In this document: positions 1 to 12,300 of the stretch, in pieces | How positions within the stretch are numbered: position 1 is the first letter of the stretch | How the letters are laid out: every line of letters starts with the position of its first letter | Assembly (NCBI RefSeq): GCF_000181795.1 | Contig: NW_003526940.1 | Coordinates: 602,336 to 666,335 of the forward strand | DNA length: 64,000 nt | Direction: 5' to 3' | From: Trichinella spiralis | Taxonomy: Eukaryota | Translations under genes and position numbers: made by a program | Notes under the pieces: generated by a model | What the model saw: only the letters and a program-made list of their open reading frames with translations | Database searches by the model: none | What the model was told of the DNA's origin: nothing

Positions 1-58
1 TGCCTTTGGAACTTTGGCTGAAACGTCGAGCGAAGCGAGAACCTCTAGAGCAAGGCAT
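1..58 (-). CDS. 5' end of a putative basic R/S-rich protein gene (MPCSRGSRFARRFSQSSKG...), running off the window edge
   Basis: ATG at 58 on the minus strand with an open R/S-rich frame to base 1. Its upstream region shares motifs with the upstream region of the basic-protein gene at 56316-56822. Confidence 0.5.
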   Translation of the reverse strand, partial: MPCSRGSRFARRFSQSSKG

Positions 59-125
59 CGTCCTAACTAGCGACAACGAAGAATGAACAACCTTCATTTT
101 CGCAATAGTTTTATGTGCCACTGCA

Positions 126-195
126 CACTTTAAACAATTTCACTTTAAAATAGCATTGTTTAAATAAAATAAAAAATTTTAATTTATCTTTAAAG
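126..195 (-). promoter_or_regulatory. Conserved upstream module, copy 1 (CACTTTAAACAATTTCACTTTAAA ... TTATCTTTAAAG on +)
   Basis: 126-149 matches 56901-56924 at 23/24 bases and 184-195 matches 56941-56952 at 12/12. Both copies lie ~70-80 bp upstream of a minus-strand ATG. Confidence 0.6.
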
Positions 196-1319
196 AAGAT
201 AAGGGGAAAATTGAACATTGTAAAAGAAACGTTTTAAAATAAATTATGAAATAGAAATTTAAAGTAAAATTTTTTCCCTTAGAAGTATACATAATAACAT
301 TCTCTTAAATAAAAGTGTTACACCCTGAGTGGGGCTATTATTTCTGTCTGGCTGCTTTCACGCACGTGAAATGCTTCATACCTTGAATTTTTGGTTAGTT
401 TTTTCATGGTTTACCAGTATTTCTTCAAGATTAACTGTACTAAACCCAAAACTTCAATGATGTCATATTAATGTGGCTGATGACTCATGAGTCTCAATGA
501 TTATTTCACTTTCTATTAAACACTGACAACTTCACATTATTCTGTCTTCAGTTTTAATGTTTCATTATTACTCAGTACTGAAAAGATGATATATGAGAAA
601 GGAGTCGCTGCTGCAAAATCTTGTCATGGTCGTCAGCAAGTGTTACCTAAAAATGCTGCTTTGAAACTGAACCATTTTGTTCATCGAGGAAGTTCCATAA
701 AGGAAGTTGCATGTTCAGCTGGGCCTTCAAAATTACATCTCTTTCATGATATTCTACAATTTTCATTCAGAAAATGTTCCAATAAAATAGATAGCTGACA
801 AAAATGAATAATCTAAATTACTTGCCTGAAGAGATATCTAAATGAAAAAATACATACATGTATATACAAACCTAAACAAATTTATTTATTTACGTATCTA
901 TTTATTTATTTACCTATATTTATATCTGTTTACTTATTTATATTTAGCATAAGTCACTGGTTTTGTGTTTGTTAACCAGCAAACTGTTGACTTGTTGACC
1001 AGCAATTATCATTATGATTTGTGCGCTTGAGCGTGTAACATCTCCTTTTGCATATTAACTTTTGTTGGTTTAGTGAAATACAAACTGAATTTTATTATTT
1101 TTCAGCTCCATCATGTGAAAAAATTCTCAAACATACGACACAGAAAATAGCACAAGCTAGTGATGAACACTAAAAAATGGAATAAGGAAAAATAGAATTG
1201 ACGGTCTTGTTCTTAACAAATTCAAGTTTTTATTATCCAATTACATCATTTTACCAAAAATACAGAAGCAACAAATGAACAACAAATATAAGAGATAACT
1301 GAACAAAGAGCTGTTAAAT

Positions 1320-1700
1320 AGACATGCTTATCTGGGTCACTCACTGTTTTTGAATTCGACACCTAATGACTTTTTACGGTGGCAACGCAACTAGCCACAT
1401 TCACTTCGCTTGACACAGAAGAAAGCTGTGCGCGTGATTATCATGATCCAGTTTGTATGCAGCAGGAACGATTTTTTGAAATTTAGCTGGATCAACAAAC
1501 ATGTCTTACAGTTGGGTCCCACCTTAGCCGGGCAAAAGTATTTTCAATTAAATGCATGCAATAGCTACTCTGAGAAATTTTTCACGAATCGCCAGAAATA
1601 CGAAGTCAGTGTATACTACATCACATACTTCTTAACACTTCACGCTACCCTACAAGAGCTGGCATTTCAGTCTTTCTGAGCACTATGATGCTATCCATTT
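1320..1700 (-). mobile_element. Possible highly decayed Helitron Rep fragment
   Basis: Minus-strand remnants KILLPG*GWDP (cf. ILPSSFxGGPR) and VEF..P.. (cf. VEFQKRGLPHxH) in the expected order, with many stops and frameshifts. Confidence 0.3.
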
Positions 1701-2629
1701 ATACAAGGCATAAATTCAAGCATAATCCTATCAACATCATAAGTAGTTCGAAATTTTCACAACGCTGTGGATGCTTTCGCAAATCAACTCACCCAGACAG
1801 TAAAGTCACTGATAGTGCGCAATTATTCTTCTCACTCATTAATGGGAATAGAAGCTTCAGAGGCAAATAAAAAACCAATTTACCTTTCATTCCTGCGACG
1901 AGGATGATTAGCAATGATCATATTTTTTGGCAGATCCCAGCCGAGACAGCAAGAAAAGAAACACACCAGTGATAGAGGGAACTTTAGCTGAAAAATAACC
2001 CTCTTTGCTTTCTGTTTCGTTTGCTGAAATCATTTCAAAATGTAACAGATCAGCTAAATCATAAGCGATGATTTTGATCTCCAAAATTTAACATTTCCTT
2101 ATCATTGAAATACAAGTATTGCAATTTCAGTGTTCGTCAATCCACTAGTCAGTTCACTTTAGAAAATGAAAAACAAATTTTGCACCATTCACACAACATA
2201 TGTGAACAAATATGTTTCTTTATTCAAAAATTCTAGATTTTCTTTCTTATTTAAATAAAACATAACAAAGCATAAACACTGGATAAAAAGAACAAAAAAG
2301 CATTGTGAAAATAAAATTCTTTGATGGCAAGCAAGAAAAATTATAGAAAATAGTCTGTTTTGCGTCAACGAGACATCAGCACCAGTATAACCTCTTTATT
2401 CAGCAAATAAACACAAGATAAAAATACAATAAACACAACAGTAACATTACAGCACAACACGAAAAATAATAATGAAACAATTAATTCATTCATATGCTGA
2501 TCACGCTAATTTCAGCAAATGGTACCCGGAAATTAGCTATTTCCGGGTAATAAGCAAAGTCTAAGCAGCACATTCTCTTTGAAGATCACTCAACAGCGTG
2601 ATCACATTCAACAACAGTGATTCTAAATG

Positions 2630-3530
2630 CCACATGGGCATCTTCAAAACATCTTATTCAAATGACAAATCAGCATTTTCACAGACTTGTTGAAACATAA
2701 CTTCAACTGGGTATTCTCCTGTTGCCAAGAGAAGCGTTTGCCAGAAGTAATCGTTGCATGCATGATCTGGTGGGTAGAACGTCCCTAGAAGCTGATGATA
2801 CTGAGAAACTAACGGAGCTTATGCACACTTTCTACGGTAACGACTTGATGCCTTCGTAGGAAACGTACGATGTTATATCAGTAATAAAGAAGAAGCAAAA
2901 ACTGCATGTCAGCTCAGGAAAGTCGCGTCTATCACACTGGCGGACTGCGACGCTGAATCTGCGATTAGTAAAACAGCTACGCCACACCTGCTTCGCAGAA
3001 TAATTTCCATTATCCTTCAATGCGCCCTTCGCATCAGTCCTATTGTAAGGATGTTGAGGTGAGCCCGGTGTCGATTTGTGCCAAGAGCGCAGTTGTTTGC
3101 CAAGCTTGATACAATTTTGTCATAAGTTTCCATCGGGACGGCAGTGATCAAGAAAACTGATTATCAGATCTGTTGGCCATTTCCTTTACGTTGGCAAAAT
3201 TTCCAGTTCAATTATCATTTCCATGTTCACAAGTAGACAACACAAAAATTGGCTACGGAGAAACCATGCATTCTGGTCGATAGCATTGCCACAACTTTAG
3301 ATCATCACGAAACATCTGGAACGACTTCACGTTGCCAACTGCCCATGGAGTAGTGATTACAAGAAAGTGTTACATTTTAGATATGCCAAAACGTTACAGC
3401 AGGCGTAATTTAAGGTTTTTGTACGATGAATCTTGAACGAGTTCCACTAATTCGTCAACCTCATTAGCGATTAATTCTAAAAAGGATGAGATTACGTGGC
3501 AAAAGTTGTCAAAAACACTACAATTTGGAC
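2630..3530 (-). mobile_element. Decayed piggyBac (PGBD-like) transposase, C-terminal half
   Basis: Colinear minus-strand remnants: VFDNF (~3510), VRWK..KIVSSLAN (~3130), YNRTDAKGALKDNGNY (~3040, cf. YNxxMGGVDxxD) and KC..IRCFEDAH (~2650, Cys-rich tail). Frameshifted. Confidence 0.55.
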
Positions 3531-3576
3531 TTCTACCTGTGAAATCCCACTCCACGGGTTTTCTTTATAAAAAGGT

Positions 3577-4265
3577 TTGCGTCAGGGTTCTAGAATTGTC
3601 GAGATTTCCAAAGTGTCAGTTGCGTCGTTGACATATCTGAAAATGTTGGAATTTTTGAAAAATGCCAATACTCGTGTTTTGGTAATTCCGCCACTCAAAG
3701 ATGGCTCACCGCGACGGGGTTGTGAGGATCCATACTGCCAGGCCGTGAGGGGTGATGTGACACCGATCATTCCCACTGACAGGGTTCCACACTCCGGCAC
3801 GTTTCCCCCACGCCAGTATAAAAGTAGCCGTGGCAGGCGAGCGAACGCAGTTCTCGTGTGACGTTGTGTTCAGTGCGGTGGTTGTGTTGCGTCGTTCTTA
3901 TGTGTGTTTGTAAGAGGATTTTAATTTTTGTCGACTACTGATCATTTTCATCCCGCGAATTACAAGAATTATATGCACAAGTGGATGGGTTCCGACGAAA
4001 AGTGAAGATATGTGGCACGTTAATCCATTCGTGACTGTATACTGTAGATGTTCAGGTTCGGTGTATGGATGTTTCCGTCTGAGGCTCCATACCATAACAC
4101 CAACAAACCAGTGAATTATTCTTCTTTACTACATATTCATGCCAACATTCCATATTCATCATTCCACATCACCACGCCAGATTTATGACTACTGTATTTC
4201 TACACTACTTATTGATTTTCAAGGTGAAATAAACAAATACTCGGCAGTCTTCCTTCGGCTGAACA
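3577..4265 (+). mobile_element. Probable BEL/Pao 3' end with 3' LTR (~3721-4265)
   Basis: GSRIVEI resembles the Pao post-integrase motif GRIVEL. It is followed by G-rich GCGACGGGGT, then TGT at 3721, TATAAAAG near 3817, AATAAA at 4228 and ACA at 4265. No partner LTR is present in the window. Confidence 0.4.
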
Positions 4266-4474
4266 TAATAATTAATTAATTATGGTTTACTGATTTCACA
4301 AGATGAATAATATATTATCAGAAAACTATTTTTAATATTGCAATAACAGTTAAAACAGAGCTTTTGAAATAATTATGTTGTAAACGACAAAACAGAGGAT
4401 TTTGTAGTTGACGTGTTGGAACCTGAATATCATTACAGTAAGACTGAAGAAGAAGGAGAGAGAAAGAGGGGAAT

Positions 4475-4938
4475 TTTGATTGATTGACGGAATTTTGGAG
4501 AACTGACGTATTAAAATGCGTGTGACTGTTGCTTAACTTGTGTATTTGTGACTCTTAACGGTTTGGTACTACTCGGTCCCGCTTTTCTCTCATTGGTCTT
4601 TACCCACGCTATTTTATTGGATCGTCAAATCTTAATCACAACTGAAGAGTTTGAATCAATGAGCAATTAGACAAGGAAAACCAATACGACAAAGATTTCA
4701 GTGAGCAGTTAGACAAAGAAAACCATTACGACAAAGACTTCACGGCCAAATAAAATGAAAACCAATACAACAAAGATTTGACGGTCTAATAAAATAGCGT
4801 GGGCAAAGACCAATGAGAGAAAAGCGGGACCGAGTAAAACCACCCCGGAAGTTTGATTGATTGACGGAATTTTGGAGAACTGACGTATTAAAATGCGTGT
4901 GACTGTTGCTTAACTTGTGTATTTGTGACTCTTAACGG
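4475..4938. repeat. Identical 87-bp direct repeat (4475-4561 and 4852-4938) flanking a foldback element
   Basis: Direct comparison shows no mismatches. Confidence 0.95.
4570..4836. mobile_element. MITE/foldback element with 64-bp inverted repeats (4570-4633 and 4773-4836) and internal tandem subrepeats
   Basis: Arms are reverse complements with 3 mismatches. GAAAACCA(A/T)TAC(G/A)ACAAAGA occurs three times internally. A related copy lies at 55191-55357. Confidence 0.8.
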
Positions 4939-6132
4939 ATACGATTTAGTTATTGGTTGACTTTGTTCATATGGCCAGAATATATTTGTGTCATCACTCA
5001 GTTGTGCTTCTTATTTCCTGAACGCAACGTGAAAGTGGTGTTGACGCGACAGAAGTTGGATAGTCGATATTGAACTTGACTTCCTACCTAGACAAAAATG
5101 GTCACAAAGAATCTGACTATCAGATCAAGTGTAGCCAGAATTATTCAACGCGGCTGCTACATGTTTTGGTACGACGAACCTCGAACACAGCGACGGATTT
5201 CGCAGACGGGACAGTCTCTGAGAAGCAGAACTTCATTGACTGAAGAAGTTGAGATTTCTGAACGGCTTCTCTGCAAAAATTAAATGACGAATGTGAAACT
5301 GTTCAGATCGATACTTGAGATGGACAAATTGCTTTATTATTTCTCAATTGCGTTGGCTGACATCAGCCATTGACGATCTGAAAGATACTTTGGATAGTGA
5401 AAAAGAGCGCAGACAGATCTGCTTGGTGAAAATCTCTGACCGATGGTCGACATCAGCGAAGCAATGGAAAATATTGACAATTTTTTCGACGAACGAGAAA
5501 CTCTCAGTTCAAAGATACTGGAACCCTGATGCAGAACGTGCAAATGAATCCAGTAACAGGGGAACATCTGATCCACTCAACCAGAACACATTCCCCAATG
5601 TGCGACTTCCAAAGCTGGAAATAAAGAAGTTTGATGGAAATTTTCGTGATTGTTAAGGATTTCAGGACGAGTTTAGAACTTCGATACATGCCAACACGAC
5701 GCCAACATGATCCAGAACTTCAGCTATCTTTGATCACTCCTCACTGGAAACGTTGCTCCACCAATAGCAGGTCGTTCTTTGACGAACCAATGACGAAGCG
5801 GCGATGCCTGCCCGCATTGCCATGATGAATTAGAAAACAAGAAATAATAATTGAAGAGCATATGAAAGAACAGTAAAAGCTGCCAGTGGTTACCACTGAA
5901 TGGAACTTACTGCGTCTTCGACAATTGATAAATAAAATGGAATCACATGTACACGTCCTCGAAGCATTAGGAACATTTTCAGAGACATCAAACGTGATGA
6001 TTGGACGATTGCAATGCTTACATTGCCATCAAGTTTTGGAAAGAAATATCACGAGCAACTGTCAAGTGACAGCCAAGTGAAGCGAGAGATATAATAATCG
6101 AAGAACACATAAAACAGCGAAACGTAATAATC

Positions 6133-6790
6133 CAAAAGTGGCTTCTAATACTCGAATATATTTGTCGCTTCGTCTGCGGAATTATATTTATTAGCATTCG
6201 AATGTGAATATTATTGTTCTTTATTGAGCTTGTTATTGCCGATACATCGTATTCATTTTTCATCTGATACTTAATGGTTTCTTTGAGATTTGTGTATTTT
6301 CCCAATAAATAAGAAGTTCTTCTTTTGATGATGATTAAATTTTCTTTCTTTTTGTTGTTCTCGAATTCACTTGTTATAACATACAATTCGAACAAACCTG
6401 TACAACGACTAATTTGCGCGGCTGTCTGTAAGAAGGGTAAATTTTTGTAATCCCGCATTTTATTTTTCTGGTCACTCCATAGTATTGTTGTTGGTTGGCT
6501 TGAATGGCAATTCAGCTATGGGTAGTTCACATTAAATCCTTTCCCATAAAGTAAAAGTGGATTGTTCAGAATAAATTCCACTTGTTGTTTATTATATTGT
6601 TTCTCAATCCTTGTTACTTCCTTCTTTAATATTTATTATGGAGAAAATTTATCAGTTGTATTTTTTACTTCATAATAATTCAAAAGTTGCTTCTAATATT
6701 CGTATTTATTTGTCGCTTTGTCTGCGAAATTACTTTTATTATTATTTAAATGTGAATATTAATGTTGTTTGCTAAGCTTGTAATTTCTGC
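6133..6790. repeat. Diverged ~100-bp direct repeat (6133-~6232 and 6681-~6782) bounding an AT-rich insert
   Basis: CAAAAGT(G/T)GCTTCTAATA(C/T)TCG...TTTGTCGCTT(C/T)GTCTGCG...AATGTGAATATTA is present twice. Confidence 0.75.
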
Positions 6791-6809
6791 AGCGTTTTAT
6801 CTATTTTGA

Positions 6810-7160
6810 AACGAAGAACAATAATCAACAATATGCCGGTGATTACTAGCCAATGGGATTTAACGCGGCTGCGCTAAGGGATGAATCAAAGTGGCGAATG
6901 TTCATGTACGCGGCCTTGAAGCATTAGGAACACTCCAAGAGACATACCAAGCGTTGTTGATACCTTCCTACCATGAGAACTAATCGTTGATTGGAAACGA
7001 GGAAGAACAAACAGCAAGGACAGTATGGGTGATCTGTTGAATTTTCTGGAAACAGAAATGAGAAGCAGGGAAGGTTGTTGAACCTGTGATTCAGCACTGA
7101 GAATTGCTTCAGATGTCTGACCACCATTTAGGAAACGGAAGCTACAGATGGCAGAAGGTA
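6810..7160 (+). mobile_element. Second, divergent BEL/Pao gag fragment
   Basis: Paralogous to 5850-6000 (shared CATGTAC...GAAGCATTAGGAACA...AGAGACAT; HVRGLEALG). Confidence 0.55.
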
Positions 7161-9357
7161 ATCTACGACAGTTCTACATGGTTTGCAGTTGTTGTATGAC
7201 ATTATGGCATTATTGTTATATATTGTATTGTATATATTTTTACAATTTCTATATTTTTTCATTATTATTGGATTGTATAAATTTGTATTAATTTATGTTT
7301 ATATTATAGGTATTGTGTTATATTTTTGCATGCGGTGTTTATATTGAAATATAGTTCACATTTGTTTGTTGTTATTATATTTTTGTATAGAGTTATGAAA
7401 TTGTCTGATTCAGTATTTATCATAAACTTCTTCAAAATCGTTAGAATGGAAAGCTTTAAAAAATGTTAATATTGAGCTATAACGTATATAAATATCCTGT
7501 TTATTTAAATTTTAAATTAAATTAAATTTTATTTTATTTAAATTTCATTTTGTCAGTTGTTATTTATCAATGACTATCAAAAAATGATGATTTCAGTAAA
7601 TTTAACTGGGATGATAATAAAATTACTGTTTATGAATGCAACAGTATGACAAAACAGAAGTACCAGCTTAGTGAAATTTGAGATTTGTCATTTTAGATCA
7701 TGAAATTTGAGAAATGAAAGCAATTCGACTGACATATAGGTAAATAGTAACTATGACTGTTTTCATAGGTGTTAGTGTATATAAGTGCATTGTTTGCTTG
7801 TTTGATTGTGCGATGAACTTTCGCACTTTCAATCACTCATTGCTGTTGAATAATTGCGCTAATCTTTCAGCATATTTAGGTCGAGTTAAAAAGTAATTTA
7901 TTAATGTATAGATTCATGGTATGATAAAGTTATGATATAATTCACCTGCTGCAAATATGAATTAGTGAAAACTGAAAAAATATTTTAAAATTTTTGACAT
8001 TTTTTTTCTGAGAAAACTTTTGTTAAACATCACAACAAGCATTTTTTTCAGTTTTACTACAAATTCTGTGTCTTGACGTTTAATATTGTTTCAATATCAA
8101 GACCAATGTCTCTTTTCTCTAGGAAAGATAAAGCTTAACAAAGGTGCCTGTATTTAATTTTTCAGGTTGAATTGGAATAAATTAAAAATAAATGAACTCA
8201 TTATCTTATTCAATTCACTGCTTAAATCGTGACAATATCGTTCCTACAAAGCATAAAGCTTTTAGTAAACAAGTGTCAACTGCCAAAATTGACCATGCTG
8301 ATCTCAGAGAAAAGCACACATTGTGATATACAAGTGCAAAATAGACATGCCATCTTTTGAATATTTGTTGCTCAAACATAACTTGTTTGTTATTATTTTG
8401 TGAATAAGATTAGAAAGAAATTATTAGTTCGTTTATTTAGGCAAAAAGCCCTGACAATCTCATTCAATTAACATATTACATACGGATGTGTTTATTCGCA
8501 TTAAAGCAGTATATGAATTGTAAAACTTCATTTGTAATAATTTTCAGCAAAAACAGAACAATATAAAACATTTTTGATTCAAAATTTATTAGTGGTTTTG
8601 CTTGACAAATCATTAAAATTTAACGAACAGAGCAACAAATCAAATCATGACACTATACATAATCGACCACTGATAAAACAAAAAATGGCCAATCAGTGTT
8701 AAAGCAAAGTAGAAGAAAAATTGATCTGCACATTAAGCTTCGTATAAAGCAGTCTTAGAAAAATAATGGTACTTGAATAATCCGCAACACATTCTTCATG
8801 CACCTCATTTCATAAAAAAAGATTTTCATCTATCCACAATCATGTGTTGCTTAATTTTAAACAATTACGGTAAACAGAAAATTTATTTTGAAAATAATAA
8901 TTAATAAAATTAAAGCTTTTGCAGTACATTTTTAAAAGATGATGGTAATTTTAGAAAATGATTTAGGTTGTTTGAATAAAAATACTTATAAAATATTACT
9001 AATAATTTCTTTTCTTATGCTGATTACACTTCCAGTTAATTTAAAATTCAATAAAGCAATTAACTGTTTATTTACTTAATAATAATAAGTTTTCTGCTTT
9101 TATAAATGTGCATATGCAACATGCACATTTCATTATGAAAATATATTTGCATGTGTTCTGAATAACAAAAAAGTTTCATATTTTTTATCATTATAATCCT
9201 TGTTTATTTTTCTTTTGAAACTCTATGCTATGTATTCGTAAATGATTTACAGCACTCATCAAATATATAAAATTACACTGAATTTTGATATTGAATTTCT
9301 GCATCACAGTTCAGTGCCTGTCTCGAATCAAAACGCTTCATTATAAGAACTGCTAAA

Positions 9358-12300
9358 ATGCAGCTTTTAGCAAAACAGTTTAACATATATTTTGGTTTGC
9401 TTGCAATGTTCCAGTTCCTCTTTTTTCTTTTACTTTTTGAAACAATACTAAAAGTTAGTTCTTCCGACGTTTTCAGTCCTTATGAAAGCAGGTGAATAAT
9501 TTTCAGCTATAATGCCAGATGTAACACATCATGAGATAAATTTCAGAGCACGTATTCTCATACATGATGGTAACATTTTCTTTCATCCTGGTGAAAACAA
9601 GAATATTTCTTTTGTTACGAATCATCATGGTTCTATAACTTTTGGCGATGTCGACATAAATTCAGTTGCAACTTTAGTAATTGCAAAATTCACAATTCAA
9701 TGAACAATTTATAATTTAATAATTATAATTTTTCATATTTTATGAATTTTTAGAATGTTGTAAATGCTTTAAAGCACCGTCTTTTATATTTGGAAACTAG
9801 GCAAAACATTTCTGTAGAACAATTGCATGGAATGGCACAAAGTCAGTCAAGATTGCAAGTATCACTGCAGACTATTCAAGCGCAAGTAATTTATTTTTAA
9901 TTTCGTGACTTTTATGACTTTTGAATTTTAATTTTCTTTATTTGTTTTAAAGTTTTTATTTTTATTTTCACACAGATTGAAAGTTTCACATCTCCAAAAG
10001 ATTATTCACAACCAATGCAAAAAAAATTGCGAAAACTTATTCGCAATTTCAATGCAGTTCGAAAAGTATATGCTGTTTTAAATGAATGTAGTTAACTTTT
10101 AAATATTTTTTTCAGTCTCTCAGTAAAAACGAGTGCGATAGTAGCCCTTGTCAAAATGGAGCAATGTGCATTGATGCATATGAAAGGTTTTACTGCATTT
10201 GCTCTATGGAGTTTACAGTAAGTTGATCAAAATTTTTGATAATTTTAAGTAGTATTTTAAAAATTTAATTATTAAATACTTTAAAATTTCTTAATCAAAA
10301 TAAGAATGTTTAAAATAATAATAAGCATTTAGTAATAACTGGCATGCTTTTGAAATGAAAAAATGTGTTTAGAAATACTAATTAAAGAATTTTAATTAAT
10401 AAACATTTTTAACATTAAGGGTCCTACCTGCGCTGAAGACATCGATGAATGTACTTTATACAAGGACACTGATCTTGGGTGTCAAAACGGAGGCACTTGC
10501 TTGAACACTCATGGAGGATACAGGTTATAACTATTTTTAAGTTACAAGATATATTTTACTTTAGAATTTTGAATACAGATGTCAATGTCCTCCAAACTGG
10601 CATGGATACAGATGTTCAGAATCTCACGATAGTTGTAAAACAGCAAGTCCAAATGCTTTATGTGGACCACATGGAATTTGTCTGCCGTTGGCTAATCCGC
10701 ATGCTGGTCAAGTATATTTCATTCAGTTTTTCATTCATAGATATTGTTTTTATTATGAAGTATACAAATACGGATGATTTCATAAGTTTTTCACTTTAAA
10801 ACAGTAAGTAAAAAACTAAAAGTAAAAAGTAAAAAAAGGCTTTAAAAACAGTTAGGCTTAAATTAAATATATAAATATGTAGAAAAATATTTAAATTCTT
10901 GTAAGTTACTTACTTAATAATTTGCTAATTATTTTATATTTTACTTAGCTCTTAAAAAGTATAATGATATTAAGAATTTAGTTGTTATTTTAAAGTGTTT
11001 ATGAGAAGTGTCGTTTTTGAACTCAGTTGTTAAAGTATGCGCTAATTTCTACTCAAATGTTTAATTGTAAATATGTAAATAATGTCTAAGAAATGTAAAT
11101 ATATGTAAAAATTGTTATATCATTAATCAAATGTATGAAGCAATCACATAACATCGTTGTATATTTTAAGATAAATTTTGATTACGGATCATTTTTTATC
11201 ACTGAAGCAATTTATTTGTATTGTGCATGTTTAGGCTTCTTACAGCTGCATTTGTGAACCAGGATGGAAATCCAGTGATTCAATAACAAATCCTTATTGC
11301 ATTGATGTAGATGAGTGTTTGAGCAATCCTTGCTTCCATGGTGTGACGTGCATAAATCTCCCAGGAAGTTTTAAATGTGGGAGTTGTCCAACTGGTACTG
11401 TTTTTCTACTGACACCTTTGTTGTATAAACTTTTGCCTTCTAGGATACACAGGGAATGGCTTGCAGTGTTGGGATATAAATGAATGTTCAGAAAACAATG
11501 GTGGATGTTCAACAAATCCAAAGGTTCAGTGCATAAATACTTACGGGAGCTTTTATTGTGGTAGCTGTCCAGCTGGTTATGAGGGTGATGGATACAGTTG
11601 TTCAAAGGTATCCATGTGTGAGAGAAATCCGTGTCATGCTTCTGCCACATGCATAAATATGCCGGGTTTACCATAAAGTTTCGTTTGAAAAATCTGTTTC
11701 TCTTAAATGAGTTAATTATTTAGAAAGTCCAAAAGGATTTCGATGTCAGTGTCCATCTGGGACTGTTGGAGATGGCATTGGACTGCTTGGATGTCAGCTG
11801 TCTCAGGAAGATCCTTGCACACCAAATCCTTGTTTAAATGGAGGAATCTGCCAAGTTCTATTCATTCAATTAAAACTGCAAAATGAGTTTGGTTTCATTT
11901 TTAAATTAATTTAGGCATACAGTTCATCACGATTTATTTGTCACTGTAAACCAGAATATGTTGGTGATAGATGCGATGAGTTTACAAGCTGTCATAGCTC
12001 ACCTTGTCAGAATGGAGGAACTTGCGTTTCTAATCCCCAAGGTGGATATACTTGTCACTGTAAACCAGGAATGAATGGAAAATTCTGTGAACATGAATCA
12101 GACAGTAATTTCTTTTGTTTATCATATGTGTTATTAAAAGTTCATAATTTCTAGCTTGTGACAAATTTTATGAGCAAAATACTGGTACTATTCAACATCC
12201 ATTAGAAAGTGATACTTACAGCTCCTTGCAAACATGCTCTTGGACAATAACTGTAGAAGAAGGGAAAGTAAGTAGCATTAAAATGTTTAATTGATTTAAA

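Larger units (their letters stand above)
4414..6100 (+). mobile_element. Decayed BEL/Pao retrotransposon 5' part: putative LTR (~4414-5029) and gag pseudogene (5098-~6080)
   Basis: VRLPKLEIKKFDGN is typical of Pao gag (DUF1759), followed by LLRLRQLINKMESHVHVLEALG. TGTTG...CAAC ends are followed by TGGTG at 5036 (PBS-like). Multiple frameshifts. Confidence 0.65.

Noticed and set aside
455..530. C/D snoRNA-like boxes and the palindrome GACTCATGAGTC
   Set aside because: Box C is imperfect, with no terminal stem or recognisable guide; such matches are expected by chance in AT-rich DNA.
4650..4790. Short repeated units resembling a CRISPR array
   Set aside because: Eukaryotic context, irregular spacing, no unique spacers and no cas genes; these are MITE subrepeats.
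6018..6458. 146-aa minus-strand ORF
   Set aside because: Lies in repeat-derived AT-rich sequence with no recognisable domain.
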